Of a stretch of 64,000 nucleotides of DNA, positions 1 through 11,500 are shown piece by piece. The notes under the pieces were generated by a model, which did no database searches, was not told the origin of the DNA, and saw nothing but the letters and a program-made list of their open reading frames with translations. A program made the translations under genes and the position numbers. Position 1 is the first letter of the stretch, and each line of letters starts with the position of its first letter. This DNA is from Eledone cirrhosa (taxonomy: Eukaryota), in NCBI GenBank assembly GCA_964016885.1, contig OZ024745.1:50468001-50532000 (forward strand), written 5' to 3'.

Positions 1-754
1 GCTCCATTAACTATGGCTAGAGAGCAGTTTTTTGAGCTGGACATCTCTCCCTACTGCCTCCTCTCATATGTATATACAGTTGCTGATCGTCTTTAAAGTA
101 CATCCTAATATCCATTACAATATTTTTTAATTAACTTATGTTCTCTTATTCTCAATCATCATTTTACATTCACTTTCCATGTTGGCATTGGTTGGACAGG
201 TTGTCCAACCAATGCCAACATAACAATAGTCTGAGTTGGTTCTGATCTGGAGTTACAGTATATTCTGTTATGTGATTGGTATTATGAAGGGCATCCAACT
301 GTGGAAACCATGCCAAAGAAGGGTCAAAAGGACTCTTTAGTCACATCAAGGGGATATGGCGACCTCCCAAGTGCTGGTGCTATGCTATGCTAAACTGTAC
401 CTAGTACACTATGTAAAGTGGTTGTTGTTAGGAAAGGTATTCAGCTGTAGGATCCTCTCAGCCCTTTTTTTAGCATGGGTTCTACAGCTGGATGCACTAC
501 CTAACACCAACCACTTTACAGAGTGTAATGAGTACTTTTTATCATGACACCAGCACTAGGTAGGTTTTCTTGTACTTAACAAAACTGAAGAATCTTTTCA
601 AAGGGGACATTAGCTCCAATTAAGTACTTAGTCTCTGGTTACCCAGCCAACTTATGACTACATGGAAGACCAATTAAATGATGATGATAATACTCATATT
701 TTTTTTTTAAAGTTCCATTACATTATTGTGACATTTGACTTTTATTTTATGCAG

Positions 755-892
755 ACCCTGATCCCTAGCCGAGAATACCCTGTCACTGGACACGCCTTTG
801 CTGCTCGGGCACTTGCATGGGGGACGTTATATTCAGTAACTGGTGTTTCTCTTTTAACCTTTGCAGTGTGGAAGATGCTAGGTGTTCATAAC
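755..892 (+). CDS. TMEM242: TMEM242-like, penultimate coding exon (upstream exons lie outside the window)
   Basis: Acceptor ttttatgcag, donor gtaagt, 138 nt, phase 0/0. TLIPSREYPVTGHAFAARALAWGTLYSVTGVSLLTFAVWKMLGVHN matches the TMEM242 motif RALGWGSLYA..GVG...FAVWKALGVHS. Confidence 0.9.
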
Positions 893-1542
893 GTAAGTGT
901 CTATTAGTTCTATAGATATTGTATTACTTAGGTTTTTAGTTGGTTTACATGGTTGTTTTTCATTATTTTATACCCGACTTGGGAGCCATATTGAATTGTT
1001 TAGTTTTAAAAGGCTATATTCTACACTACAGAATATATCTACTAGCAGGGAAATCAGATGTTATATGTTGATGATATCATTATCACTGCTTTCTTTACTG
1101 ATATTGGTTGGCTGGATTGTCACGTTCTAAGTCTAGACAACTCGGGTGACCAAGCCGTGCTCATACATTTTGGCATGGTTTCTATAGTTGGATGCCCTTA
1201 ACACTAATCCCATTACAGTGTTTACTGGGTCAATTTTCTAATTTTCAGAGTGTTCTGAGTGCATTTGATCATATGACCAGCACTACCACTTTACAGAGTA
1301 TGTTGGCTGAATTTTATTGTGGTACCAGTACTAAAGAAGTTGTGTCATACCCTTATTTAGCATGCTTTCTATGGTTGGATGCCCTTCTTAAGGTCAACCA
1401 TTTTACAGTTTTGGCTAAAAATCTAGATATATTTTGTAGTACAGTATAGCATTGAAGAGTTTATATTTATCAAAACATTTACCATCATAATTTTATGTAA
1501 GAATTTTTGTTGTGCCAAAAACCAAATTAATGAGAAAGTTAA

Positions 1543-2380
1543 TCTATATATCTAAAACAGAGAATGTCTCTCTGTCTCCCTAAAACTCGGGAAACGCCCA
1601 ACCGATTTTTTTCAAACTTTACACGTTATACTTATGGTTGTGTGAGTGTTTTGAGCAAAAAATATTTCAAATTTTCAATGGCTTAGGGACCGCATATTTT
1701 AGGCTTTAAAGGCTTTTTTGAGGCATAACGGGACAATAATTCAGGCGATTTCTCCAAAATTTGCATTACTTATGTCGTTTAAAGTATTTTGAGCAAAAAA
1801 GATTTTCTCATTTTTTGCCACAAGGACCGCATTAGGCGAAAAACCGATTTTTTTTAAAAGCATTTTCGTTGCGTTAGGGCCTGTAACTCGAGAAGTACCC
1901 AACCGATTTTTTTTTTTAACTTTGCATATGCATTACTTATGTTTCACAAATTTTCTTGACTGAAAACGATTTCAAATTTTTGCCCGGGGTCTGCATTGTT
2001 TAGCATTTTGGTTCTATTAGGGCCTGTAACCTTAAAAGTATCCAACTAAATTCCTTCATGCTCTCCACCACTGCAGTCCTACATGCTTACTGCTCTGTCA
2101 CTATTGCTTTCATTGTACTATAGCACAACAAATACATGTTCGGTTTGTCGAATGCCTTTTTACTTAACCCTATCTTCTTGGCTTTCATGGTTTGAATATT
2201 TTACTCTCAGGCACCCAATTAAGTTAAACCTCTGGTAATCTATGACAAATTATTTTTATAAGCACAAAATGTAGACACCATCTCCAGGCATTCTGTACTT
2301 CTCTGTACTGTTTCAGAAAGGAGGGATAAACATGCCAATCTATGTTTAGAATCCCTAGCAACGCCGGGCCATTCTGCTTG
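1543..2380 (+). mobile_element. Non-autonomous Helitron in the TMEM242 intron
   Basis: Starts a|TCTATATATCTAAAAC, ends ...GCAACGCCGGGCCATTCTGCTTG|t (degenerate CTAG); termini shared with 23664-25409 and 54218-54874. Confidence 0.75.
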
Positions 2381-2636
2381 TTATATTACTAAATCTATCC
2401 AAATTCTTAATTATTTTCAAAATTATTTGAAATTTATAGACAATGTCTTTCATTAAAAATATGGTAATGAAAGGGTTTAAATATTTATATTTATCTAAAA
2501 ATCCCTCCAAATTCTTATTTTCAAAATTATTTGAAAACTACAGGCAGTGTCCTACATTAGAAATATGGTAAAAGAATGGTTAATAATTGAGATTATTTTA
2601 ACATCTAGAATTTTCTTATTTCTGTCTATATTTCAG

Positions 2637-2816
2637 TTGGTGGAATTCCGAGAGAAAATCCAAAGTTTTGTGCCAAAGGTTCCCAAGAAAGAACTGCAAG
2701 AAGGAAGAACAGAATTTGAAAATTTAACAGATTTGATGCAGTATATTATTGATGTTGATGCTGAGGAGAAACAGAAAAAGCTGGCCAATACTGGTTCCAA
2801 CATGTCAGGGAGCTGA
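2637..2816 (+). CDS. TMEM242: TMEM242-like, last coding exon
   Basis: Acceptor tatatttcag, in frame with the previous exon. LVEFREKIQSFVPKVPKK...GRTEFENLTDLMQYI...SGS* resembles the TMEM242 C-terminus (FRSKMQSIFPTIPK). Confidence 0.88.
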   Translation: MVEFREKIQSFVPKVPKKELQEGRTEFENLTDLMQYIIDVDAEEKQKKLANTGSNMSGS

Positions 2817-2844
2817 GTTGAGAATAGTAGTTTTTTTGTTTTAA

Positions 2845-3138
2845 CCCTCTCATTACCAATTTCAAATGAATGACACTGCCTATGATTTCCGAACCATTTT
2901 TAAACGTTTTAGTAATATAACTAACTTTCATTATTAACTCTTTTGCTACTATATTTCTAATGAAAGTCATAGCCTATTATTTTCAAATATTTTTGAAAAT
3001 AGTCAAGAATTTGGAGGAATTTAGTTTTATAACTTTCTCGTTATTAAGCTGGTTTTTGGAACATTACTGAAAGGTTTTTAGATAAATATAAACATTTTTG
3101 TATCAGAGATCCAAGGGCAGTATTATGGTATCAAAAGG
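2845..3138. mobile_element. piggyBac-like MITE just after the TMEM242 stop codon
   Basis: ttaa|CCCT...AAAGG(t)|ttaa. The same family recurs at about 9255-10015, 10300-10560, 11485-11672, 25700-26330 and 43850-44035. Confidence 0.55.
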
Positions 3139-4114
3139 TTTAACACAAAATCTCAGTTTGCAATCCCTATTTTAGAAATAGATACATATTTCTTGACTGC
3201 TATAAAAAATAACTTTATTATTTGTATAAATATTTCTGTATGTATCTATTTTAGAATAGGTACACAGTATCCTTGCATGTAGAAAGCAGGGAATGAAAGT
3301 GTTGGTACCAGGAAGGGCATCAAGCCATAAAAACATTGCCTCAAAAAGGACCCCATGATGAGTATGAAATTTGTCGTGCAGCTTGCAAGGCCAACTCTTG
3401 TTTGAGCAGGGAAAAATGTGTTGTGTTGTACTAAAATAGGTTGATGTCAGGAAGGACATTTGGCTGTAAAACTCTCACAGGATCCCTGTGTAGTGTGTGA
3501 AGTTGGTCATAAGGCTAGTTCCAGCTTTGAAATACTTGTTTTGCTGTACTAAAGGAATAGCTCCAGAATTATGATTTCAATTGTAAAATATCAATTATCT
3601 CCTATGGAGATGACAATAAATTACAATTTCTTATTGATTATATAATTTGAAATGTCAGCATTTTTTAAAAATTGTTTTTGTTGTTGCTTTATGAAGTTTC
3701 ATGTTTTTTTTTTTTGGTTTTTTATTAACTTCATCAGCATTGGATTTTAACCCCAAATTAAAAATCCAAAGATCACTTTGAAATCAACCTCTAAACACTT
3801 CACCTAGAAGACTTTCAAGCAAGACTGTATTGGAGTTAGTGATCTTTGATCAACAATAGGTCAGCACCCTAACACTGGGACTGTCATTCTCTAGGTCAGC
3901 ACCCAAACACCTAGGGTGGCTCTGATATATATACAAATATTATTGTTTAATGTCCATTTTCCATTTTCCACAACCAATGTATATTTTGGAATTTATTGTG
4001 TTATTTACTTCCCCGAGTGCAGAAAGGATAGCTGGATGAGGATTCAGATTATGGAGGCAAAATGAAAGCCTTGTCATGGGGCACACAAGGCTAACAGCAG
4101 GAAAATGACCTTAA

Positions 4115-4312
4115 CCCTTTCATGACCATATTCCTAATGAAATGTACTATTTTAATTAATGATGAATTTTGATGCATTTATTAAATTTATTTCATTACTA
4201 CAATAAATATATGGTTTTTATATAAAATTACCTCAGACAATTTTAATTTCTATATGGATAGTTTTGTTTCATAAAATCAGAGCCAGTTTTTGTCTGGTTA
4301 GTATGAAAAGGG
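4115..4312. mobile_element. piggyBac-like MITE
   Basis: TTAA|CCCTTTCATGACCA...TATGAAAAGGG|TTAA: short TIRs and a TTAA TSD. Confidence 0.65.
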
Positions 4313-5438
4313 TTAATGTTTGTTGTATTTGCTAGAATGCAGTAAATAATATTTGTTTCATAATTCTCACTTTTATTTCATATTGGAACATTGTATTAAC
4401 ACTTTCATTGTTATGTTACATACTGTGAAAATATAGTTAAAGATTGGAGATATTTACATGTTATAAATTATGATAAAAATACATGGACGGATATCTTTGC
4501 AAGAGAGGCTGTTCTGACTCTCTCATCTCTAAAGTAATGTTATTAATTGTAGAATATAATTAAGAATTTTAATTAATAAGTATTTCTGACATGGGTGGCA
4601 AATTAGCAGAATTGTTAAAGCATCAGATTAAATATCCCATGGTACTTTACTTTATGTTCTGAATTCAAACCCTACCGTTGTCAACTTTTTCTTTCATTCC
4701 TCTGGAGTTGACTACCAGTCTAGATTAGTGGAATTGTGGTCGTCCTGGGGCATTACCTTCAAAGGTTTAGCTAATTAGGTTGACCTACTACCAGTACTTT
4801 ATTCTATCAACCTGGGAAGGATGAAAAGTAAAGTTGGTCTGCACAGAATTTGAAAGTAGATAAAGGTACTGGCATGATTGTGATTAAGGACTTACTTTGC
4901 AACTCTGTAGCACCTATCACATATGTGTGTTTGTTTATGTTCTGTAACTTAGTAGTTTGACAAAAGGAGATTGATAAAACAATACCAAAAGTACTAGGGT
5001 CGATATGATTGACCAAACCCCTTCAAGGTGCTACCTCAACATGGTAGCAGTCTAATGACTGAAACCAGTAAAAGAATATGTAACCAAATATCAGATATTT
5101 TGCCCAGTGTCCTACCGATTCTGGTAATCCACCACTGATGAACATGAAAAAAAAAAACTTTTGTTTTTCTACAAGAATAATATTGGAGATATTCTGGCTC
5201 ATAGATGTCACCCATCTAATCAATCAGGTTCCTGCAACTGGTGCCACCCAAGATGTTCTCACAGTCAGCATTGCCATTAGTCTCTAGCTTCCATCAAGTG
5301 CAGAATGGTCACAATGTTGTCACCCATCACAGCTGTTGACAATGTAGGGCTTGAGAGTCACTGCCATCATTTTCTTCAGTGTATGTATATATATATAGAC
5401 ACACATACAACTTGATATATGTACACAATTGTGTGTGC

Positions 5439-5470
<32 letters not shown>

Positions 5471-5533
5471 GACTAGAAATATACACAATTAGGTATAGTC
5501 TTTAAAAAGATCCTAGTTTCTATGGTTTCTGCT

Positions 5534-5547
5534 GTTGTCATGGCTAC
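5534..5547. promoter_or_regulatory. Candidate RFX X-box in the RPGR 3' UTR
   Basis: GTAGCCATGACAAC (- strand) fits the consensus GTHNYYATRRNAAC exactly. Confidence 0.35.
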
Positions 5548-5564
5548 CAACTGCACCGGTCTTT

Positions 5565-5588
5565 TCATAGGATCACACATGCCTTGGA
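5565..5588 (-). CDS. RPGR: RPGR terminal exon encoding the CaaX box SKACVIL*
   Basis: tttctttactttaccag|TCC AAG GCA TGT GTG ATC CTA TGA; equivalent to the human RPGR end SKSCTIL. Confidence 0.9.
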   Translation of the reverse strand, partial: SKACVIL

Positions 5589-8500
5589 CTGGTAAAGTAA
5601 AGAAATATAACACATTAATTATAAATAATATTGATTTAACACTTTCATTAGCAAATTTCTCATTAAAGATATGGTCTAGAATTTTCAAATAATTTAGAAA
5701 CTAATAATTTTTTAATTGGTGTTCTTACATGGACATATGACAAATTATTATAAACATATTTACATCCATTTTCCACACCAGCATGTGTTGGCTGGGTTAT
5801 TATGGTTTGAGATGAGACATGTGTGTGTGTTTTCCATATACAAAGGCTGGAGAAAAATGAAAGAAGCATGCTTTGATGGATATGTGATGTTAATGTACAT
5901 GGATAAGCTGATAGAGAAACTAAATATAAGAGGAATCAAATGTAGTATGCAAGAGAGAAGACTGTCCTGGTATGGACATGTGAAAGGAAGGTGCAGTAAA
6001 AGAAGGTCAAGGAAAACCTAAGCAGAGATGTTGAGAGCTGATCTCAAAATATTGAACCTCACAGAGGAAATGACAAATGAATACTGTGATGGAAAAAAGA
6101 TGTTAGTGACACACATATTGTAAACCCATGTGTTCCCCAAACTAAATAAAAATCTATTTTATCTTACATTTTTATCTTTTTCTTCATTTTCTGTATTGGT
6201 TTTCCCTTTTTCTCTTCCTTTCTTTTGATCATCAGTTTTATCATCTTTGGCATCTTTCTGTAATAACAATCATCATCATTATCCTGTCTGCAGTAACAGA
6301 CAACCACAAACTTCCTTCACCCTTTACAACTTTCATAATCAGTTGTGTTACTATGTGAATCTGTATATTTGTATGTATGTCCTTATGTATCATTATCATT
6401 GTTCAACTGCAGTTATAGACATCCACAATCGTTCTACACCACCTATTCATGATCAGTTACAGGTACCACAGTTAGGTGGTAAGCCCCTTTTGTTTAAATC
6501 TCCAAGCTGTGACGCCACATTAAAAAGCACCCAGTCCACCTTAAAAGGTAGTAGTGCTTGAGTCACTTTAAAATCCTTCCTGTAAAAGCTGTAAAGTGTT
6601 TGGCCTTAGTAAGAGCATCCAGACATAAACCAACCCCAAAATGGTGTACGAGCAAGACTTAGTCACCTGACTAGTCTAGCCTTAGTATGCAACAACCTGT
6701 ATAACCCATGCAAGCATGGAAAATAGATGATAAACGTTGATGATGATGATAATGGCATATATATATGTGCGTATGTGTGTTGTTTGGCCTTTCAGTAGTT
6801 CATACTAACAGGCATCACATACTTCTCATGTAGATTGCAGTTTCTCAATGAGTTATGCCCTCTTGTATATATCTTGACAGTTGACAAAGCAGAAGATAGT
6901 CAAATGATGATGTGAACCATGGATCATTTGGTTAGTAGACCAACACCCTAACAATCTATTCTGACACTACCAGTTTCCATAGTAACAACCCCATCGCCAA
7001 AAAAAACTTACCTTTTTCTGATCTTTGTCTTTGTCCTCTTCCTCCTCCTCCTCCTCCTCTTCAGTCTCATCACTCACAGAATCTAAAATATAAAATATTC
7101 AGTTACAAAAACTTTCAAATAAAAAAAAACCTTATGTAACAATAATTTAATTTAACCTTTTCTTTGCCATATTTCTAATGAAATACACTACCTATGATTT
7201 TGAATTAATTTTTAAAATAGTCTAACAACAGTTAACCATTACATAAACCCCAACAGTTAACCATTACATAAACCCCAACAGTTAACCATTACATAAACCC
7301 CAACAGTTAACCATTACATAAACCCCAACAGTTAACCATTACATAAACCCCAACAGATAACTATCAGCCAAACTTTAATTATAATATAACCTTTTAACGT
7401 CCTGTGCCACATGAAACTGCAGTAACAAGGCATTGTTGAAAAGTACAAAATATCACTATGACTGCACATATTAGAAATTAAAGTCTTTATTTTAGTTAAC
7501 TACAAATGTTTACAATGACATCTCCACTAGTAATCATTCCATAAACATTGGAACAAAAACAGTTTTTTGACATTTTCTGCTAAATCATTATATGAGTTAA
7601 TGAACAAAAATATTTAACCATCACCATTTAACAACCAGAGAGTAAATAGTTAAAATACTAACCACTTTTGGAAAAATTCTGTTTCTTGGTCATTTTTCTG
7701 TTCTGTTTATTGCCTTCATCTTTGTCATTTTCACCACTCTTATCACTTTTATTTTCTTTCTTCTTGCTCTCCTTTTTCTTTTTTGAAGATTCCTTCAGTT
7801 CTTTCTTTTCTTCACTTTCCTTCTCTTTCTTATTGTCCTTACAGTTATTTTCCTCCTCTTCCTGTGAAACGACTTTCTTTCTTCCAAAAATATTCGTCAA
7901 AATTCTTTTCTTACCTAAAACAACAAATTCAAACAAAACAAAAGTAAATTGCTAATTAGTTTAAACTTTGTCTCAACCTTCATCATTTGGCTACTGCAAA
8001 GACAGCCTCAGTTCCGTTCCACCAGTCACAATCCTGAGCAACACAGATGTGATATCCTCCAGCCCCAGCAGCTCATACATGTACTCTAAATACTGTTTCT
8101 TCAGCTAAGGCCCTGATGATCCTGATGCAGTCTGGTGTGATATCCTCCAGTCTTACTAGCTGGTCTTGCTCTCCTAGCAGCTCCCTCTGCGATGTACTCT
8201 AAATATTGTCTCTGGAGCTAGAGCCCTGATGCTCCTGATCCACACAGATGTGATATCCTCCAGCCCCAGCAGCTGATAGATGTACTATAGATACTGTCTC
8301 TTCCGCTAAGATCCTAGTGATATCCTTTGGTTCCAGTCATTGGTCTTGGTTCTGGATATACTCTAGACACTGTCCTTTCAGTTAGTGGTTTGATGATTCT
8401 GAGCCACATTAGGGTGATATCCTCTGGTCCTAAGAGCTGATCTTGGTCAGCTAGCAGTGCTTGGATAAAATCTAGATACTGTCTTTTCTCCCTGGTGATC

Positions 8501-11500
8501 TTCAACCATACTTGTGATATCCTCCGGTCCTAATAGTAAGTCTTGGTCACATAAGCAACTTCTGGACATACTCTGGATACTTCTATTTCTGCTGGCCTGA
8601 CTTCTTCACACCATGTCATATACAGATATTATGTATTTGTAAATAAGTTCTTTTGCTGGAAGTCTCAATGTGTGACCCAGGAACCTGAGCTGGCAGGAGA
8701 CCACTAAGTAGAAGAATGGTGATATTCCTGTCTTTTGTATATAAATGAGGCTTTAAATATGATAATGTTATTTCTCATGTCCATTATCTACTACCCACTC
8801 CACATAGAACACATCCACTCTACACCAATTCCATCTAAAACATTTCAAGAAAGTTAGGAGTTTGTCCTTGCTCAATGGCAAAAGGAAAACTAAAATTTAC
8901 CCTTTTGTTTGTCTTTGATGCTCTTCTCTAAATTATCTACCTCATCCTCCTCCTTCACCTCCAGCTGTTTGTCTTCAGTAAGTTTCTCATCTCTCTGGTC
9001 CCCTTCTCCTTTATCACTGTTCTCTTCAGATTCTTTATTTCTTTTCTTCAGTTTTGGTTTCTTATATTTTTTTTTCTTCACTGGAGAATCTTTGGTATTT
9101 CCTGTTACAATGTTGTTCTTGATATTTTTGTTCTTTTGGCTTTCATCTTCATCACTGGCAGATTCCTCTTCACTACAAGAAAACTCTTTAATTTCATTTT
9201 CAATATCTTCTTTCTTTACTGTAAAAATAAAAAAAAAATAACAACAACAAAATTAACCTCTTTTGTTACCTTATTTCTAATGAAGGACACTGCCTATGAT
9301 TTTCAGTTAAAGTAAAAAATAATAAAGAATTTAGAAAGATTTAGTAATATAACTAACTTTCCCATTAAACTAATTCTTACATAAAATTATGATAGGTTTT
9401 CCATGATAGCATGGGTTGGATGAATTGTCATGGTCCAAGACCAGACATGGTTGAATAGCTACATGTTACTCATGTGTTCCATATTATTTTGGGTTGGACA
9501 AAAAGTTCCCACTATTTTTCAAAAGGAGGAATTTTGGTAGGGTTTTCTCGAAATGCTGAAGGCTGTGCATGTGCACATATATAAGAAGTGACGTTTCTAT
9601 GCACTACATGCATTTCTCATTTTCTTTTATGCCATCAAAGGGGAAACAACATGGATTTATCAAAATCACTTATTCGTGGCTGTTTATTTTGTATCGAAGC
9701 CAAAAGAATGCTACAGGGATGGAATAATGTGCCTTCCTAAATGATGGTAGACAGTAATCGCAAATGATGACGATTATTTTGACTTGTAAAATTTCCTAAT
9801 ATTAAAAAATGCCAAAGTCAATAAAATTTGACAAATAGCGAGAACTTTCTGGTCAACCAATAGCATGGATTCTATACCTGGATGTTGTTTCTAATATCAA
9901 CCATTTTATGAGGTGTACTGAATATATATTATCATGGTGTCAGTTTTTAGATTAATCTAAACATCTAAACACTTTAAAACTATGGCTGATTTCATATGTT
10001 TTGGTATCAAAACGGTTAATGAAATTTAGAATAAATTATTAGAAATATTAAAATAAACCATAATAGAAATATTCCAACCTTTTTCTTTGGCGTTTTTCTC
10101 TGTATTGGTATTATTTGGTTGTTCCTGTTTTGTAGTTTGTAAATTGTCAGTCTTCGTTGCAGTGGGAATTTCTTTTAAACATTCTTCATTCTCTATTCGA
10201 TCCTAAGTTATTAAAATACCAAATTGAAACCAATTAATTATTTTAAATAATTCACAGTATTGTCTTACATAACAGTAATAACTGTAAATAAATTCTTTAA
10301 ACCTTTTGTTGCCATATTTCTTATGAAATACATGACAGTAATTACTGTAAGTAAATTGAAACTTCCAGAAACTATAATTTTGAAATAATTTTGAAAATAA
10401 TTAAGAATTTTGTGTGAATTAGTAATATAACTTTCTAGTTATTAAGCTGGTGTTTGGAACATAAAGAGTTTTACATAAAATTATGATGGAAAGTTTTAAG
10501 ATAAATAAATATAAACATTTCAACCTTTCCTTACCATATTTCTAATGAAAGTCATTGCTTATGATTTTCAAATAATTTTGATAATAATCAAGAATTTAAA
10601 AGGGTTTAGTAATATAACTAACTTTCTCATTATTAACTAGGGCAGACTCGTTAGAGTACTGGACAAAATGTTATGCAACCATAATTATGACTGTTGCTTT
10701 GCGTTCATATCCTGCCAAGGTCAACTTTGGTTTCATCTTTCTGAGGTTGATAAAATAAAGTACCAGTAAGTACTGGGGTCAATATAATCGGCTTTCCCCT
10801 CCCCATAAATTTCTGGTTTTGTTCTTAAATTAAAAATCATTATTAAATTAGTTTTTGGAACATAACTTCACAAAAGCTCTTATATAAAATTATAACAGAT
10901 TCTTAGAAAAATACAAACAGTTAAAAATAAACAGCTCCTCATCACAAAACAAGGAGTAGTTTCAGGCAGTCTGCTATCCAAAGAGCAAAAAAAAAAAATT
11001 TTCTTTTTCTTTCTAAAATGTATGTTTGACAATACAATGTGTAATATGGAAGCTGTTAGACCATGCCATTTCTACAAATATAAGCAAATGACTTCAACCA
11101 TAGCATCATGCTGAAAAATACTACTTTGTGATTGGAATTGAGTAGATATAAACTGTACAAAAGTCAATTGTGTGTGTGTATGTATATGTAAATATAGTTC
11201 TTCTTTTTGGGCAAATGCATTTGATATTCAGAGAGTGTGATTGGCCCTGTGCAAAGCCTTTACTCACTTAAAAAAGCTTCAAGCACAGGCATCACTTGAT
11301 ATGTGGCATTTTTTGTGATGCATGGTGTTGCTGGCCATAGGCAAGTCCCTAGCAGGACTAAAAAGCCACATCTGTGATGTTTATGCTTAAGTATCAAGTG
11401 ATGGCATTATTCAAAATTGAGTTGCAGCCATCATATATATATATACACACACAGATACACCCAAATTTGAGTACTAAAACTTTAACACTTTTATGATTAT

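Noticed and set aside
7668-9241. Plus-strand Ser/Phe/Leu-rich ORFs (7668-7955, 8909-9241)
   Set aside because: They are antisense shadows of the purine-rich RPGR exons.
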